A stretch of DNA of 32,000 bases from Rhodobacter capsulatus SB 1003 (GCF_000021865.1 NC_014034.1:1950001-1982000), one strand, 5' to 3'; counted from the first letter of the stretch, positions 8,312 to 17,026 are shown. The notes: generated from the sequence alone by a model not told the origin. Translations and numbers: made by a program.

Positions 8312-9528
8312 TATGCGTTCTCTCGTACAAGCCCCATCAGGATCACCGCAAGGCTTGAGCAGGTGAATGTCGCAACAACGATCGGCAGCGCGGTGCCGTC
8401 GAACATCAGACCGACCGGGGCGGCGATCAGCACCGCGCCCATCGTCGAGAACGCCGAAACGACCGAGGCTGCCAGACCGGCCAGATGGCCCATCCGCTGC
8501 ATCGCCAGCGCGTTCAGATTGCCGAAGGTGATCCCCGCCATCATGAAGACCGTGACCGTCCAGGCGAACAGGAAGATGAAGCCGTCGGGCGGGGTCACCG
8601 CGCCGCCGAGGATCAGCGCCAGCATCGCGCCCGAGGAGATGACCTGCATCATGTACGTGCCGCGCACCATCCGGCGCATCCCCAGACGCATCACGAAAAG
8701 CGCGTTGAAGGCGGTGCCGGAGCCCGCCAGAATCGCCATCAGGGCAAACCATTTCGGAAAGCTCTCAACTGCACCGAAGGCCGCAAACAATTGTTGTGAC
8801 GAGGAAAGCAGCGCGAACATCTGTCCGAAGCCAAGTGTCATCGTCAGGATGTAAAGCCGCACGTCGCGATCGCCGAGGACCTCCTTGGTCCCCGCCCAGA
8901 GCAGCCCCGCCCGCAGCGGGCGCCGCCGTTCGGGAGTGAGCGTCTCGGGCTGGCGCAGGCTCAGCCAGGCCAATCCGATCAGCGCGAAGAGGATGAAGGC
9001 ATAGAACACGCCGCGCCATCCCGCGAAACCGATAATCAGCTGTCCGGCCGAAGCGGCAAGCGCCGGCACCAGGATGAAAACCATCATGATGAAGGCGGTC
9101 ACCTTGGCCATTTCACGCCCGGAATACATGTCGCGCACCAGCGCCATCGGCACGATCCGCGGGGCGGCGGCGCCAAGTCCTTGCACGAACCGCGCCGCCA
9201 GCAGCACTTCGAGGCTTTGCGCCTGTGCCCCGATGACGGCCCCGATCACGAAGATGCTCACGCCGACCACGATCGTCCGCTTGCGCCCGATCGCATCCGA
9301 AAGCGGACCGGCGACGAAAGTGCCGACACCGATGCCCAGAAGGAAGAAGGTCAGAACAAGCTGGGCGCGGTTGATCGCTTCGGGAGAAAGCTTGGCCGCG
9401 ATCTCGGGCAGCGCGGGCAACATCGCGTCGATCGAGAAAGCGACCGTCGCTGCCAAAAGCGCCATCAGCGCAGTGAATTCGAAGACGGGAATGCGGGCGG
9501 GCGCCGCAGTTGCGTGAGGGTCGGACAT
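8311..9528 (-). CDS. MFS transporter, Bcr/CflA-type drug efflux family
   Basis: The start was reset to the ATG at 9528 (MSDPHATAAPARIPVFEFTALMALL...). It has 12 TM-like hydrophobic segments, the MFS signature GPLSDAIGRKR between TM2 and TM3, and an N-terminal pattern FSIDAMLPALPEIA typical of Bcr/CflA. Confidence 0.85.
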   Translation of the reverse strand: MSDPHATAAPARIPVFEFTALMALLAATVAFSIDAMLPALPEIAAKLSPEAINRAQLVLTFFLLGIGVGTFVAGPLSDAIGRKRTIVVGVSIFVIGAVIGAQAQSLEVLLAARFVQGLGAAAPRIVPMALVRDMYSGREMAKVTAFIMMVFILVPALAASAGQLIIGFAGWRGVFYAFILFALIGLAWLSLRQPETLTPERRRPLRAGLLWAGTKEVLGDRDVRLYILTMTLGFGQMFALLSSSQQLFAAFGAVESFPKWFALMAILAGSGTAFNALFVMRLGMRRMVRGTYMMQVISSGAMLALILGGAVTPPDGFIFLFAWTVTVFMMAGITFGNLNALAMQRMGHLAGLAASVVSAFSTMGAVLIAAPVGLMFDGTALPIVVATFTCSSLAVILMGLVRENA

Positions 9529-9590
9529 GCACAGCCTTTCAAGGTTGCGCGGAACCATAGCCGACTGTGCGACGAAAACCAGAGCGCAGT

Positions 9591-9610
9591 CCCGCACATT
9601 GCCGTGCGGG
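9591..9610 (-). other. Stem-loop just downstream of the DsbA-like gene
   Basis: CCCGCAC, ATTGCC, GTGCGGG (7-bp stem), 10 nt after the stop at 9620. Only a weak U-rich tail follows on the minus strand. Confidence 0.35.
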
Positions 9611-9619
9611 GCTGCACAG

Positions 9620-10243
9620 CTATGTCGCAGCGATCTCGTCGATGACCTGCATCCAGAGCTTGGCGGGCTGCGCGCCTGTGATCACATGGGTATTGTCGAG
9701 AATGAAGGTCGGAACCGAGGTCACGCCGCGCTCCCGCGCATGGGCCGCACGCGACCGGATCGTTTCGGCATCTGCGTCAGTCGCAAGCAGGCGACGGATC
9801 AGCACCGCGTCAAGTCCGGCATCGGCAGCGATCGTCACAAGGATGTCGGGCTGCCCGATGTCCTGCCCGTCCCGCCAATAAGCGCGCAGCAGGCCAGACA
9901 TGACCGCCGTCTGCGCCCCCTCGATCCCGGCCCAATGCAACAGACGATGGGCGTTCAGCGTATTGGGCATTCTGGTGATTATGGGCAGGTTCAACGCCAC
10001 CCCGGCGGTCCTGGCGGCCTCGAGCACGGGCAGGTCGACCCGGTCCGCCTGGACGCCAAACCGCGCGCGCAACCAGGCACCGCGGTCCATCCCTTCGGCT
10101 GGCAGCGTCGGATTGAGCTGGAACGGCTGCCAGGAGATCAGAAACGGATGACCGGGACGTGCCTCCAGCGCACGGTCCAGCTGGGCTTTGGCAAGATAAC
10201 ACCAGGGGCACGTCGGGTCCGCGAAAATATCAAGCGTGATCAT
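9620..10243 (-). CDS. DsbA-family thioredoxin-fold protein (FrnE / 2-hydroxychromene-2-carboxylate isomerase-like)
   Basis: The real start is the ATG at 10243 (MITLDIFADPTCPWCYLAK...), giving 207 aa. It has a CPWC active-site motif near the N-terminus and a C-terminal GVTSVPTF motif. The long upstream extension in the track ORF overlaps the ligase gene in another frame. Confidence 0.85.
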   Translation of the reverse strand: MITLDIFADPTCPWCYLAKAQLDRALEARPGHPFLISWQPFQLNPTLPAEGMDRGAWLRARFGVQADRVDLPVLEAARTAGVALNLPIITRMPNTLNAHRLLHWAGIEGAQTAVMSGLLRAYWRDGQDIGQPDILVTIAADAGLDAVLIRRLLATDADAETIRSRAAHARERGVTSVPTFILDNTHVITGAQPAKLWMQVIDEIAAT

Positions 10244-11778
10244 TTGCTTGGGACCCTCTCTGCAAGTGGCGGCCAGAGCTGGCGCAAGGCCTTTCGGTCG
10301 ATCTTGCCGTTGCGGTTGCGCGGCAGGGCCGGAAAATGCTGATAGATCCGGGGCTGCTTGTAGCGCGCCAGATGTGCAGTGGCATGCGCGGCAAGGTCCG
10401 AGGCCGAGGCCGGCCCCGTATGGGCCAGAGCGATCAGGCTGGTTTCCTCGGACAGGCGCAACTCGATCGCGGCGACCTCGCCCGCCTCGGGACAGCTGAC
10501 CATCGCAGCCTCGACTTCCAGCGGGCTGACCCGGAACCCCCCCGCGTTCATCATGTCGTCGCCGCGGCCCTGATAGGCGATGGCCCCGGCCTCGGTCATC
10601 CGCACGATGTCGCCGGTGCGGAACCAGTCCCCGTCCGCGGTGAACTTTGCCCGCGCCTCGGCTCGGCGGCCCCAATAGCCGAGGAAAAGCCCCGGATCGC
10701 TGCAATGCACCGACAGCTCGCCCGGTTCGCCCCGGGGCACCGGATGGCCTCCGGGGGACAGGACCGCGATCTGTCGGCCCGGTTGCGGCCAGCCCATCGT
10801 GCCCTCCGGTGCCGGGTTGGCCGGGCAGGAGGAAATGAAGGTCGAACATTCCGACATGCCCAGCGCCTCGAAGATCGGGGTGCCGGTGGCCTCGGTCCAA
10901 TGCTGCCGGGTCAGCCGCGGCAGCGCTTCGCCCGCCGAGAGGCCATGGCGCAGACGCGGCAGGTCAAGCTTCGGATGCTGCTTCAAAAGCTGCCGGTAAA
11001 CACCTGGAACCGCTGCGAAAATCGTCACATCGAAGCGGCGCAGCAACAAGGGCAGCATGGCAGGCTCGACGCCCGGCGCGGGAATGAGCGCGGTGGCCCC
11101 GACCGTCCAGGGATCCATCAGCCCGGTGCCAAGCGTATAGGTCCAGTTGAAGGCCCCGGCATGCAGCAACCGATCCGATCCGCTCAGCCCGTACCAGCCC
11201 TCGTGCATCATCTGCCGCGCCCAGATCGCGCGATGGGCATGACACACGGCCCGTGCAGAGCCCGAAGTGCCGGAGGTGAAGACGATATAGGCAAGCCTTT
11301 CGGCCGGACCCAGCGCATAATCGCAGGGCGGCAAGGCTTCGAACCGCTTCAGATCGGCCTCGGTCAGGATCATCGGCGGATTATCGGGAAGCGAAACGCC
11401 CGCGCCCGCCACCACGGCGGCCGGGGCGATTTGCGCCGCCATCTTCGTGATCTCTTCCCCGGTCAGTTGCGCCGAGGTCGGCACCGGGATCAGTCCCGCC
11501 GCAATCGCCCCGAGGAAGGCCACCGGAAATTCGGGCGTGTTGCCAAGCCGCAGCAGCACGCGATCCCCGGGCTGCAGACCGGCGCGCAGGAATCCGGTTC
11601 CGGTACCGCGCACCGCAGCGGCCAGACGTCCGAAAGACCAGCGTTCGGCGCCGGAAGGGCCGACGATCTGCAAGGCCGAGCGATCGGCAAGCGCATCGGC
11701 GCGGGCAAGCACATGCGCCGCCATGTTGAAGGCGGCAGGCGGGGCAGCAGGGGGTGTGGAGCGATGGATCGACAGCAT
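10240..11778 (-). CDS. AMP-dependent acyl-CoA synthetase/ligase (class I adenylate-forming enzyme)
   Basis: 512 aa. The AMP-binding P-loop is a variant, YIVFTSGTSGSARAV. TGD motif: WFRTGDIV. C-terminal catalytic Lys context: NRNGKIDRKAL. Its stop overlaps the DsbA-like start as ATGA (10240-10243). An alternative start is the ATG at 11724. Confidence 0.85.
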   Translation of the reverse strand: MLSIHRSTPPAAPPAAFNMAAHVLARADALADRSALQIVGPSGAERWSFGRLAAAVRGTGTGFLRAGLQPGDRVLLRLGNTPEFPVAFLGAIAAGLIPVPTSAQLTGEEITKMAAQIAPAAVVAGAGVSLPDNPPMILTEADLKRFEALPPCDYALGPAERLAYIVFTSGTSGSARAVCHAHRAIWARQMMHEGWYGLSGSDRLLHAGAFNWTYTLGTGLMDPWTVGATALIPAPGVEPAMLPLLLRRFDVTIFAAVPGVYRQLLKQHPKLDLPRLRHGLSAGEALPRLTRQHWTEATGTPIFEALGMSECSTFISSCPANPAPEGTMGWPQPGRQIAVLSPGGHPVPRGEPGELSVHCSDPGLFLGYWGRRAEARAKFTADGDWFRTGDIVRMTEAGAIAYQGRGDDMMNAGGFRVSPLEVEAAMVSCPEAGEVAAIELRLSEETSLIALAHTGPASASDLAAHATAHLARYKQPRIYQHFPALPRNRNGKIDRKALRQLWPPLAERVPSK

Positions 11779-11843
11779 GCGCCTTGCTAAGCCGCGCCGC
11801 CTGCGGTTGCAAGCGGTGCGGGATCAGCTTGCCGTGTGCCGGA

Positions 11844-12161
11844 TCATTCCTCGTCGCCGAAGCGCGAATCGTCGTCGTATTCGTCTTCGCCCTCGGGGAC
11901 GTATTTCTTCGACAAGGCGATCGAATGATTGTCGTGACGCGGGTCCATCACCACGTCCGAGGGCAGTTCCCCCGACAGCCATTCGCGGATATCGGCCCGG
12001 GCTTCCTCGGGCTCTTGCCCGGTCAGCTCGATGACATAGGCGATGAAGGCGCGCTGATCGCCGTCGATCTCTTCAAGCTCGGCCTCGTCGGCATCGGGCC
12101 AGCGGTCGAGGATCGCTTCGAAGAAGGCAGGCCAATTGTCCTGCACATGATGCCATTTCAT
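11844..12161 (-). CDS. Small acidic hypothetical protein (105 aa), N-terminus weakly CsbD-like
   Basis: The ATG at 12161 is preceded by GGAGCAGGAGG. The protein begins MKWHHVQDNWPAFFEAILDRWPDADEAELEEIDGDQRAFIAYVIELTG and ends in a highly acidic tail, EGEDEYDDDSRFGDEE. I did not firmly recognise a family. Confidence 0.55.
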   Translation of the reverse strand: MKWHHVQDNWPAFFEAILDRWPDADEAELEEIDGDQRAFIAYVIELTGQEPEEARADIREWLSGELPSDVVMDPRHDNHSIALSKKYVPEGEDEYDDDSRFGDEE

Positions 12162-12258
12162 CCCGACCTCCTGCTCCGAGCCCCTTTGCAGGTCTCGATC
12201 TTGCGCCGCAAATCGCGGCCTGAAAAGGGAAATTTCAGCCTGTGCCGCGGATCGCGGC

Positions 12259-12375
12259 TCAGAACCAGCTTTGCACCTTGTGCGCGCCATCGGTCACGTC
12301 GGCGCCGACGCCCGCAACGGTGTTGCACCCCGAAAGCGCCACGGCCAGCACCATCCCCAGGATCGCTGTCTTCAT
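12259..12375 (-). CDS. Entericidin EcnA/B-family small lipoprotein (38 aa), absent from the ORF track
   Basis: Hand translation gives MKTAILGMVLAVALSGCNTVAGVGADVTDGAHKVQSWF. It has an LSGC lipobox, and the CNT-x2-GVG-x-D-V-T-DG core matches the entericidin signature. Its ATG overlaps the TGA of the upstream binding-protein gene (ATGA, 12372-12375). Confidence 0.8.
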   Translation of the reverse strand: MKTAILGMVLAVALSGCNTVAGVGADVTDGAHKVQSWF

Positions 12376-14195
12376 TTCTTCGCCTCATGCCACCATGCAT
12401 CGGGCGTCACGCCCGGCCAATCCCCGTATAGCGGAACCCTTGCCGGAAAGTGAAGGTCACGACTGTGTGCGACCCGCGCGACCGGCGCATACCAGATCGG
12501 AATCACGTAACGCCCCGCCGTCAGCACGCGATCAAGCGCCTGCACCGCGGCGGTGTAATCCTCGGGGGTCTGCGCGTCCAGCAGCGCCGCGATCATCGCA
12601 TCGGCGGCGGGGTCGTGCATCCCCATCAGATTGCGCGAGCCGGGCGCGTCGGCGCCCTGCGCGCCCCAGTAAAGATACTGCTCGTTGCCGGGGGCAAGCG
12701 AGGTGGCCACGAACATCCAGGTCATGTCGAAATCGTAGTCGGTCTTGCGGGCCTGAAACTGCGCGTCATCGACCACCGTCACCTTCGGAAAGATGCCCAG
12801 TCGCCGCAGCGATTCGACATAGATGTCGACCACCGCTTGCGATTCGGAGGCGCCCTGCTGCAGCACGATCTCGAAGCGGAAGGGCGTTCCCGCAGCCGTC
12901 TTCAGCACGCCGTCATCGCCCGCGGTCCAGCCCGCCTCCTCAAGCAATTTCGACGCCGCGCGCATGTTGCGCCGGTTTTGTGCCGTGCCGTCGGCGACGG
13001 GCAGCGCATAGCCCTCCAGCGTGCCGGGCAGCAGATCCGGCGCAAAGGGCGCCAGCAACGCCGCAATCTTGCCCGTCGCGGGGCCGGGCGGCATCGCCAG
13101 CGCCGAATTGGCAAAATAAGAGGAAATTCGCGGCTCACGGCCGCCGGTCAGCGTCTTGTTCACGAATTCGAAGTTGAACGCGAGGATCATCGCCTGCCGC
13201 ACCCGCCAATCGGCGAAAAGCGGCTTTCTGGTGTTCATCACCAGCCCCTTGATCCCCGAGGGCTGGTGATGGGCGATCTCTTCCTTGACGATCCGCCCCG
13301 CGGTCAACGCCGGGAAATCATATTCGCTGTCCCAGTTCACGGCGCTGCCCTCGCGGTAAAGGTCGATTTCGCCGGCCTTGAAGGCCTCGAACATCACGTT
13401 CTGATCGCCGAAATACTCCCAGCTCAGCTGATCGAGATGATGCAGCCCGCGGGTGATCGGCAGATCCTTGCCCCACCAGTCGGGATTGCGCCGCAATGTG
13501 ATCGACCGGCCCATGTCGACCTTATCCACGACATAGGGCCCGGAGCCCACCGGGATCATCTGCGTTTCAGATGCAAAATCATGGCCTTGCCACTGCTTCT
13601 TCGACAAGACCGGGCGCAGCCCCATCAGCAGCGCCAGCTCCCGGTTCGGTTCGGTGAAGTCGATGCGCAGGCTTCGCGGCCCGGTCTGGCGGATCGACTT
13701 CACCTTTTTCCAGGCGGTCTGATAGCGCGGACCGCCCGCGGTGCCGATCGTCTCGAAGGACCAGATCACATCTTCGACGGTGACCGGGCTGCCATCGGAA
13801 AACCGTGCCTCGGGGCGCAGGGTGAAGGCGACCGAGGACCGGCTGGCATCGGTCTCGATGGTTTCGGCCAGAAGCCCGTAAAGGCTGAAGGGCTCGTCAA
13901 AGCTGCGCAGCATCAGCGATTCGGTGACATAGCCCGAAATCCCCTGGGCGGGACGGCCCTGCAGGATCCAGGGGTTGAGCGAATCGAACCTGCCCGGTTC
14001 GCCCATCCGCATCCGGCCGCCAAAGGGGGCTTCGGGGTTGGCATAGGGCAGGGACATCCGTGCGGGATCGAGTGCGGGCAGGCCCTGCATGGCGATTCCG
14101 GTCATCGGTTCGGCCTGCACCGAAAAGCCTGCCGAAACACCGCCAAAAGCCAATATCACAAGGGCGAGAGCGCGGAAAAACACCGATCCCTGCAT
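12372..14195 (-). CDS. ABC transporter periplasmic substrate-binding protein, family 5 (YejA-like, peptide/opine type)
   Basis: The start was reset to the ATG at 14195 (MQGSVFFRALALVILAFGGVSAGFSVQAEP, a signal peptide), preceded by GGGAG. It is 607 aa, the long YejA-like size class. There are no permease or ATPase genes adjacent. Confidence 0.88.
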   Translation of the reverse strand: MQGSVFFRALALVILAFGGVSAGFSVQAEPMTGIAMQGLPALDPARMSLPYANPEAPFGGRMRMGEPGRFDSLNPWILQGRPAQGISGYVTESLMLRSFDEPFSLYGLLAETIETDASRSSVAFTLRPEARFSDGSPVTVEDVIWSFETIGTAGGPRYQTAWKKVKSIRQTGPRSLRIDFTEPNRELALLMGLRPVLSKKQWQGHDFASETQMIPVGSGPYVVDKVDMGRSITLRRNPDWWGKDLPITRGLHHLDQLSWEYFGDQNVMFEAFKAGEIDLYREGSAVNWDSEYDFPALTAGRIVKEEIAHHQPSGIKGLVMNTRKPLFADWRVRQAMILAFNFEFVNKTLTGGREPRISSYFANSALAMPPGPATGKIAALLAPFAPDLLPGTLEGYALPVADGTAQNRRNMRAASKLLEEAGWTAGDDGVLKTAAGTPFRFEIVLQQGASESQAVVDIYVESLRRLGIFPKVTVVDDAQFQARKTDYDFDMTWMFVATSLAPGNEQYLYWGAQGADAPGSRNLMGMHDPAADAMIAALLDAQTPEDYTAAVQALDRVLTAGRYVIPIWYAPVARVAHSRDLHFPARVPLYGDWPGVTPDAWWHEAKK

Positions 14196-14209
14196 CGCAA
14201 CAATCTCCC

Positions 14210-14263
14210 GTTTGCCTGTCTTTTCAGGCGCCAAGCTAGCGCCTGCCGCAGGCACAGGCAAAC
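14210..14263. promoter_or_regulatory. Nested inverted repeats directly upstream of the binding-protein SD/ATG
   Basis: The outer pair is GTTTGCCTGT (14210-14219) and ACAGGCAAAC (14254-14263). The inner pair is CAGGCGC (14225-14231) and GCGCCTG (14239-14245). The 8-mer TTGCCTGT recurs at 14323-14330. Confidence 0.45.
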
Positions 14264-14270
14264 TTTTCCC

Positions 14271-14299
14271 TTGGAAGCAGCGTCATACGGGGCTATAAA
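14271..14299 (+). promoter_or_regulatory. Putative sigma70-type promoter (TTGGAA-N17-TATAAA)
   Basis: The -35 element TTGGAA is at 14271-14276, the spacer is exactly 17 nt, and the -10 element TATAAA is at 14294-14299. It points toward bdhA. Prediction by eye only. Confidence 0.35.
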
Positions 14300-14351
14300 G
14301 GGATCACTGCTCGATAGGTTTCTTGCCTGTATGAAACCTGCCTCATGACTT

Positions 14352-14384
14352 GACGCCCGCCTTGCGCGGGAGTCTTTTTCTTTT
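14352..14384 (+). terminator. Intrinsic-terminator-like hairpin plus T-tract in the bdhA leader
   Basis: GAC-g-CCCGC, CTTGC, GCGGG-a-GTC (14352-14374), followed immediately by TTTTTCTTTT (14375-14384). No upstream plus-strand gene exists for it to terminate. bdhA starts 75 nt downstream. Confidence 0.5.
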
Positions 14385-14458
14385 GGCGCCTCTCTTCGCA
14401 GTTGCAGAACCGTGGGATGGGGTTACTTCTTTCTGCGCAACAGCTGGAGGAGGGAACC

Positions 14459-15232
14459 ATGAGCCTGAAGGGCAAGACGGCGGTGATCACCGGATCCAAT
14501 TCGGGGATCGGGCTTGGGGTGGCGCGCGAACTGGCGCGGGCCGGGGCCGATGTGGTGCTGAACTCCTTCACCGATCGCCCCGAGGATCATGCCCTGGCCG
14601 CAGCGCTTGGCGCCGAATTCGGGGTGACGGCGCGCTACATCAAGGCCGACATGTCGCAGGGCGCGGAGTGCCGGGCGCTGGTGGCGCAGGCGGGACGCTG
14701 CGACATTCTGGTGAACAATGCGGGCATCCAGCATGTGGCGCCGGTCGATCAGTTCCCGGTCGAGAAATGGGATGCCATCATCGCGATCAATCTCAGCTCG
14801 GCCTTTCACACCACGGCGGCGGCCTTGCCGCTGATGCGGGCGGCGGGCTGGGGGCGGGTGGTCAACATCGCCTCGGCGCATGGGCTGACCGCCTCGCCGT
14901 TCAAATCGGCCTATGTGGCGGCCAAGCATGGCATTGTCGGCTTCACCAAGACGGTGGCGCTGGAAACCGCCGAGGAGCCGATCACCTGCAATGCGATCTG
15001 TCCGGGCTATGTGCTGACGCCACTGGTCGAGGCGCAGATCCCCGATCAGATGAAGGTGCACGGGATGGACCGCGAGACGGTGATCCGCGAGGTGATGCTG
15101 ACGCGGCAACCCTCGAAGCAGTTCGCCACGGTCGAGCAACTGGGGGGAACGACGGTCTTCCTGTGTGCCGAGGCGGCGGCGCAGATCACCGGCACGACGA
15201 TTTCTGTGGATGGCGGCTGGACGGCGCTGTGA
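14459..15232 (+). CDS. bdhA: D-beta-hydroxybutyrate dehydrogenase (short-chain dehydrogenase/reductase)
   Basis: The start was reset to the ATG at 14459 (MSLKGKTAVITGSNSGIGLGVA), preceded by GGAGGAGGG, giving 257 aa. SDR motifs present: TGxxxGIG, NNAG and YVAAKHG. The C-terminus ITGTTISVDGGWTAL is typical of BDH. Confidence 0.88.
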   Translation: MSLKGKTAVITGSNSGIGLGVARELARAGADVVLNSFTDRPEDHALAAALGAEFGVTARYIKADMSQGAECRALVAQAGRCDILVNNAGIQHVAPVDQFPVEKWDAIIAINLSSAFHTTAAALPLMRAAGWGRVVNIASAHGLTASPFKSAYVAAKHGIVGFTKTVALETAEEPITCNAICPGYVLTPLVEAQIPDQMKVHGMDRETVIREVMLTRQPSKQFATVEQLGGTTVFLCAEAAAQITGTTISVDGGWTAL

Positions 15233-15240
15233 GAGATTGC

Positions 15241-15261
15241 GCCTCGGGGCAAGCCCGAGGC
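15241..15261 (+). other. Stem-loop 9 nt after the bdhA stop
   Basis: GCCTCGGG, GCAAG, CCCGAGGC: a perfect 8-bp stem with no T-tract. Confidence 0.4.
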
Positions 15262-15270
15262 GACCCGCCG

Positions 15271-15318
15271 CGGGCTCCGCCCCGGACCCCCGAGGTATTT
15301 CAGGCAAGATGAAAGAGG
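15271..15318 (+). repeat. Single copy of the intergenic repeat unit
   Basis: CGGGCTCCGCCCCGGACCCCCGAGGTATTTCAGGCAAGATGAAAGAGG. The core aligns with the units at 896-1009, 17955-18056 and 26845-26891. It lies between convergent gene ends. Confidence 0.7.
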
Positions 15319-15323
15319 GGCGC

Positions 15324-16049
15324 TCAGGCGGCCTTCTTCGCCGCCTTGCCCGGTGTCTCGGGCTTCTTGTCGGCCGGATAGACGAGCCCGGCCGAGATGA
15401 TCAGCTTGGCGGCATCCTCGACCGACATGTCGAGATAGGTGATCTGGCTTTCCGGCAAATAGAGCAGAAACCCCGAGGTCGGGTTCGGCGTCGTCGGCAG
15501 GAAGACCGAGATCAGCGGATCTTCCGCCTCCCCCTGCAGCGCAATCTCGCCCTTGGCCCGGGCCGAGACGAAGGCGATCGCCTTCAGCCCCGGGCGGGGA
15601 TAGTCGATCAGGCAGGCGCGGTCGAATTTCGTGTCGCCCTGGCTCAGCACGGTTTCGGCGATCTGCTTCACGCCGTTGTAGACAGAGCGCACCACCGGCA
15701 TCCGGTCCACCAGCGCCTCGCCGAAGCGGATCACCGCGCGGCCGATGAAATTGCGCGCCAAGGCCCCGACGGTGATGGTGAAAAGCAGGAAGATCACCAC
15801 CCCCACGCCGCGCAGATTGGTGCCGACATAGGTTTCGGGGCGCATATGCGCGGGGATGAAGGGCAGCACCCAGCTGTCGACCATGCCGGCGAGCGTCCAC
15901 ATCAGCCACAGCGTCGCGGCGATCGGCGCAATGACGATCAGCCCGGTCAGGAAGGACGCCCTCAGCCCGGCCAGAACGCCCCGCTTGTGCGGCTGCGGCA
16001 TGAGCGAGAGCTGTTCTTGCGGCGTCGGATGCGGGTCATGCTCGGTCAT
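15324..16049 (-). CDS. DUF502 family membrane protein
   Basis: The start was reset to the ATG at 16049 (MTEHDPHP...). It has two N-terminal TM helices, conserved RMPVVRSVYNGVKQ, and the signature VFLPTTPNPTSGFLL...SVEDAAKLIISAG. Confidence 0.85.
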   Translation of the reverse strand: MTEHDPHPTPQEQLSLMPQPHKRGVLAGLRASFLTGLIVIAPIAATLWLMWTLAGMVDSWVLPFIPAHMRPETYVGTNLRGVGVVIFLLFTITVGALARNFIGRAVIRFGEALVDRMPVVRSVYNGVKQIAETVLSQGDTKFDRACLIDYPRPGLKAIAFVSARAKGEIALQGEAEDPLISVFLPTTPNPTSGFLLYLPESQITYLDMSVEDAAKLIISAGLVYPADKKPETPGKAAKKAA

Positions 16050-16108
16050 GCTGGGCCTCGTGGTTGCGCAAGAAGTAGGGACCGCAGGCGGCGGGCGCAA
16101 TGCGCCCG

Positions 16109-17022
<914 letters not shown>

Positions 17023-17026
<4 letters not shown>

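Noticed and set aside
12450-14348. 632-aa plus-strand ORF opposite the YejA-like binding-protein gene
   Set aside because: This is an antisense artefact. The minus-strand product has a signal peptide and a family-5 SBP architecture, while this frame is Arg/Gly/His-rich with no motifs.
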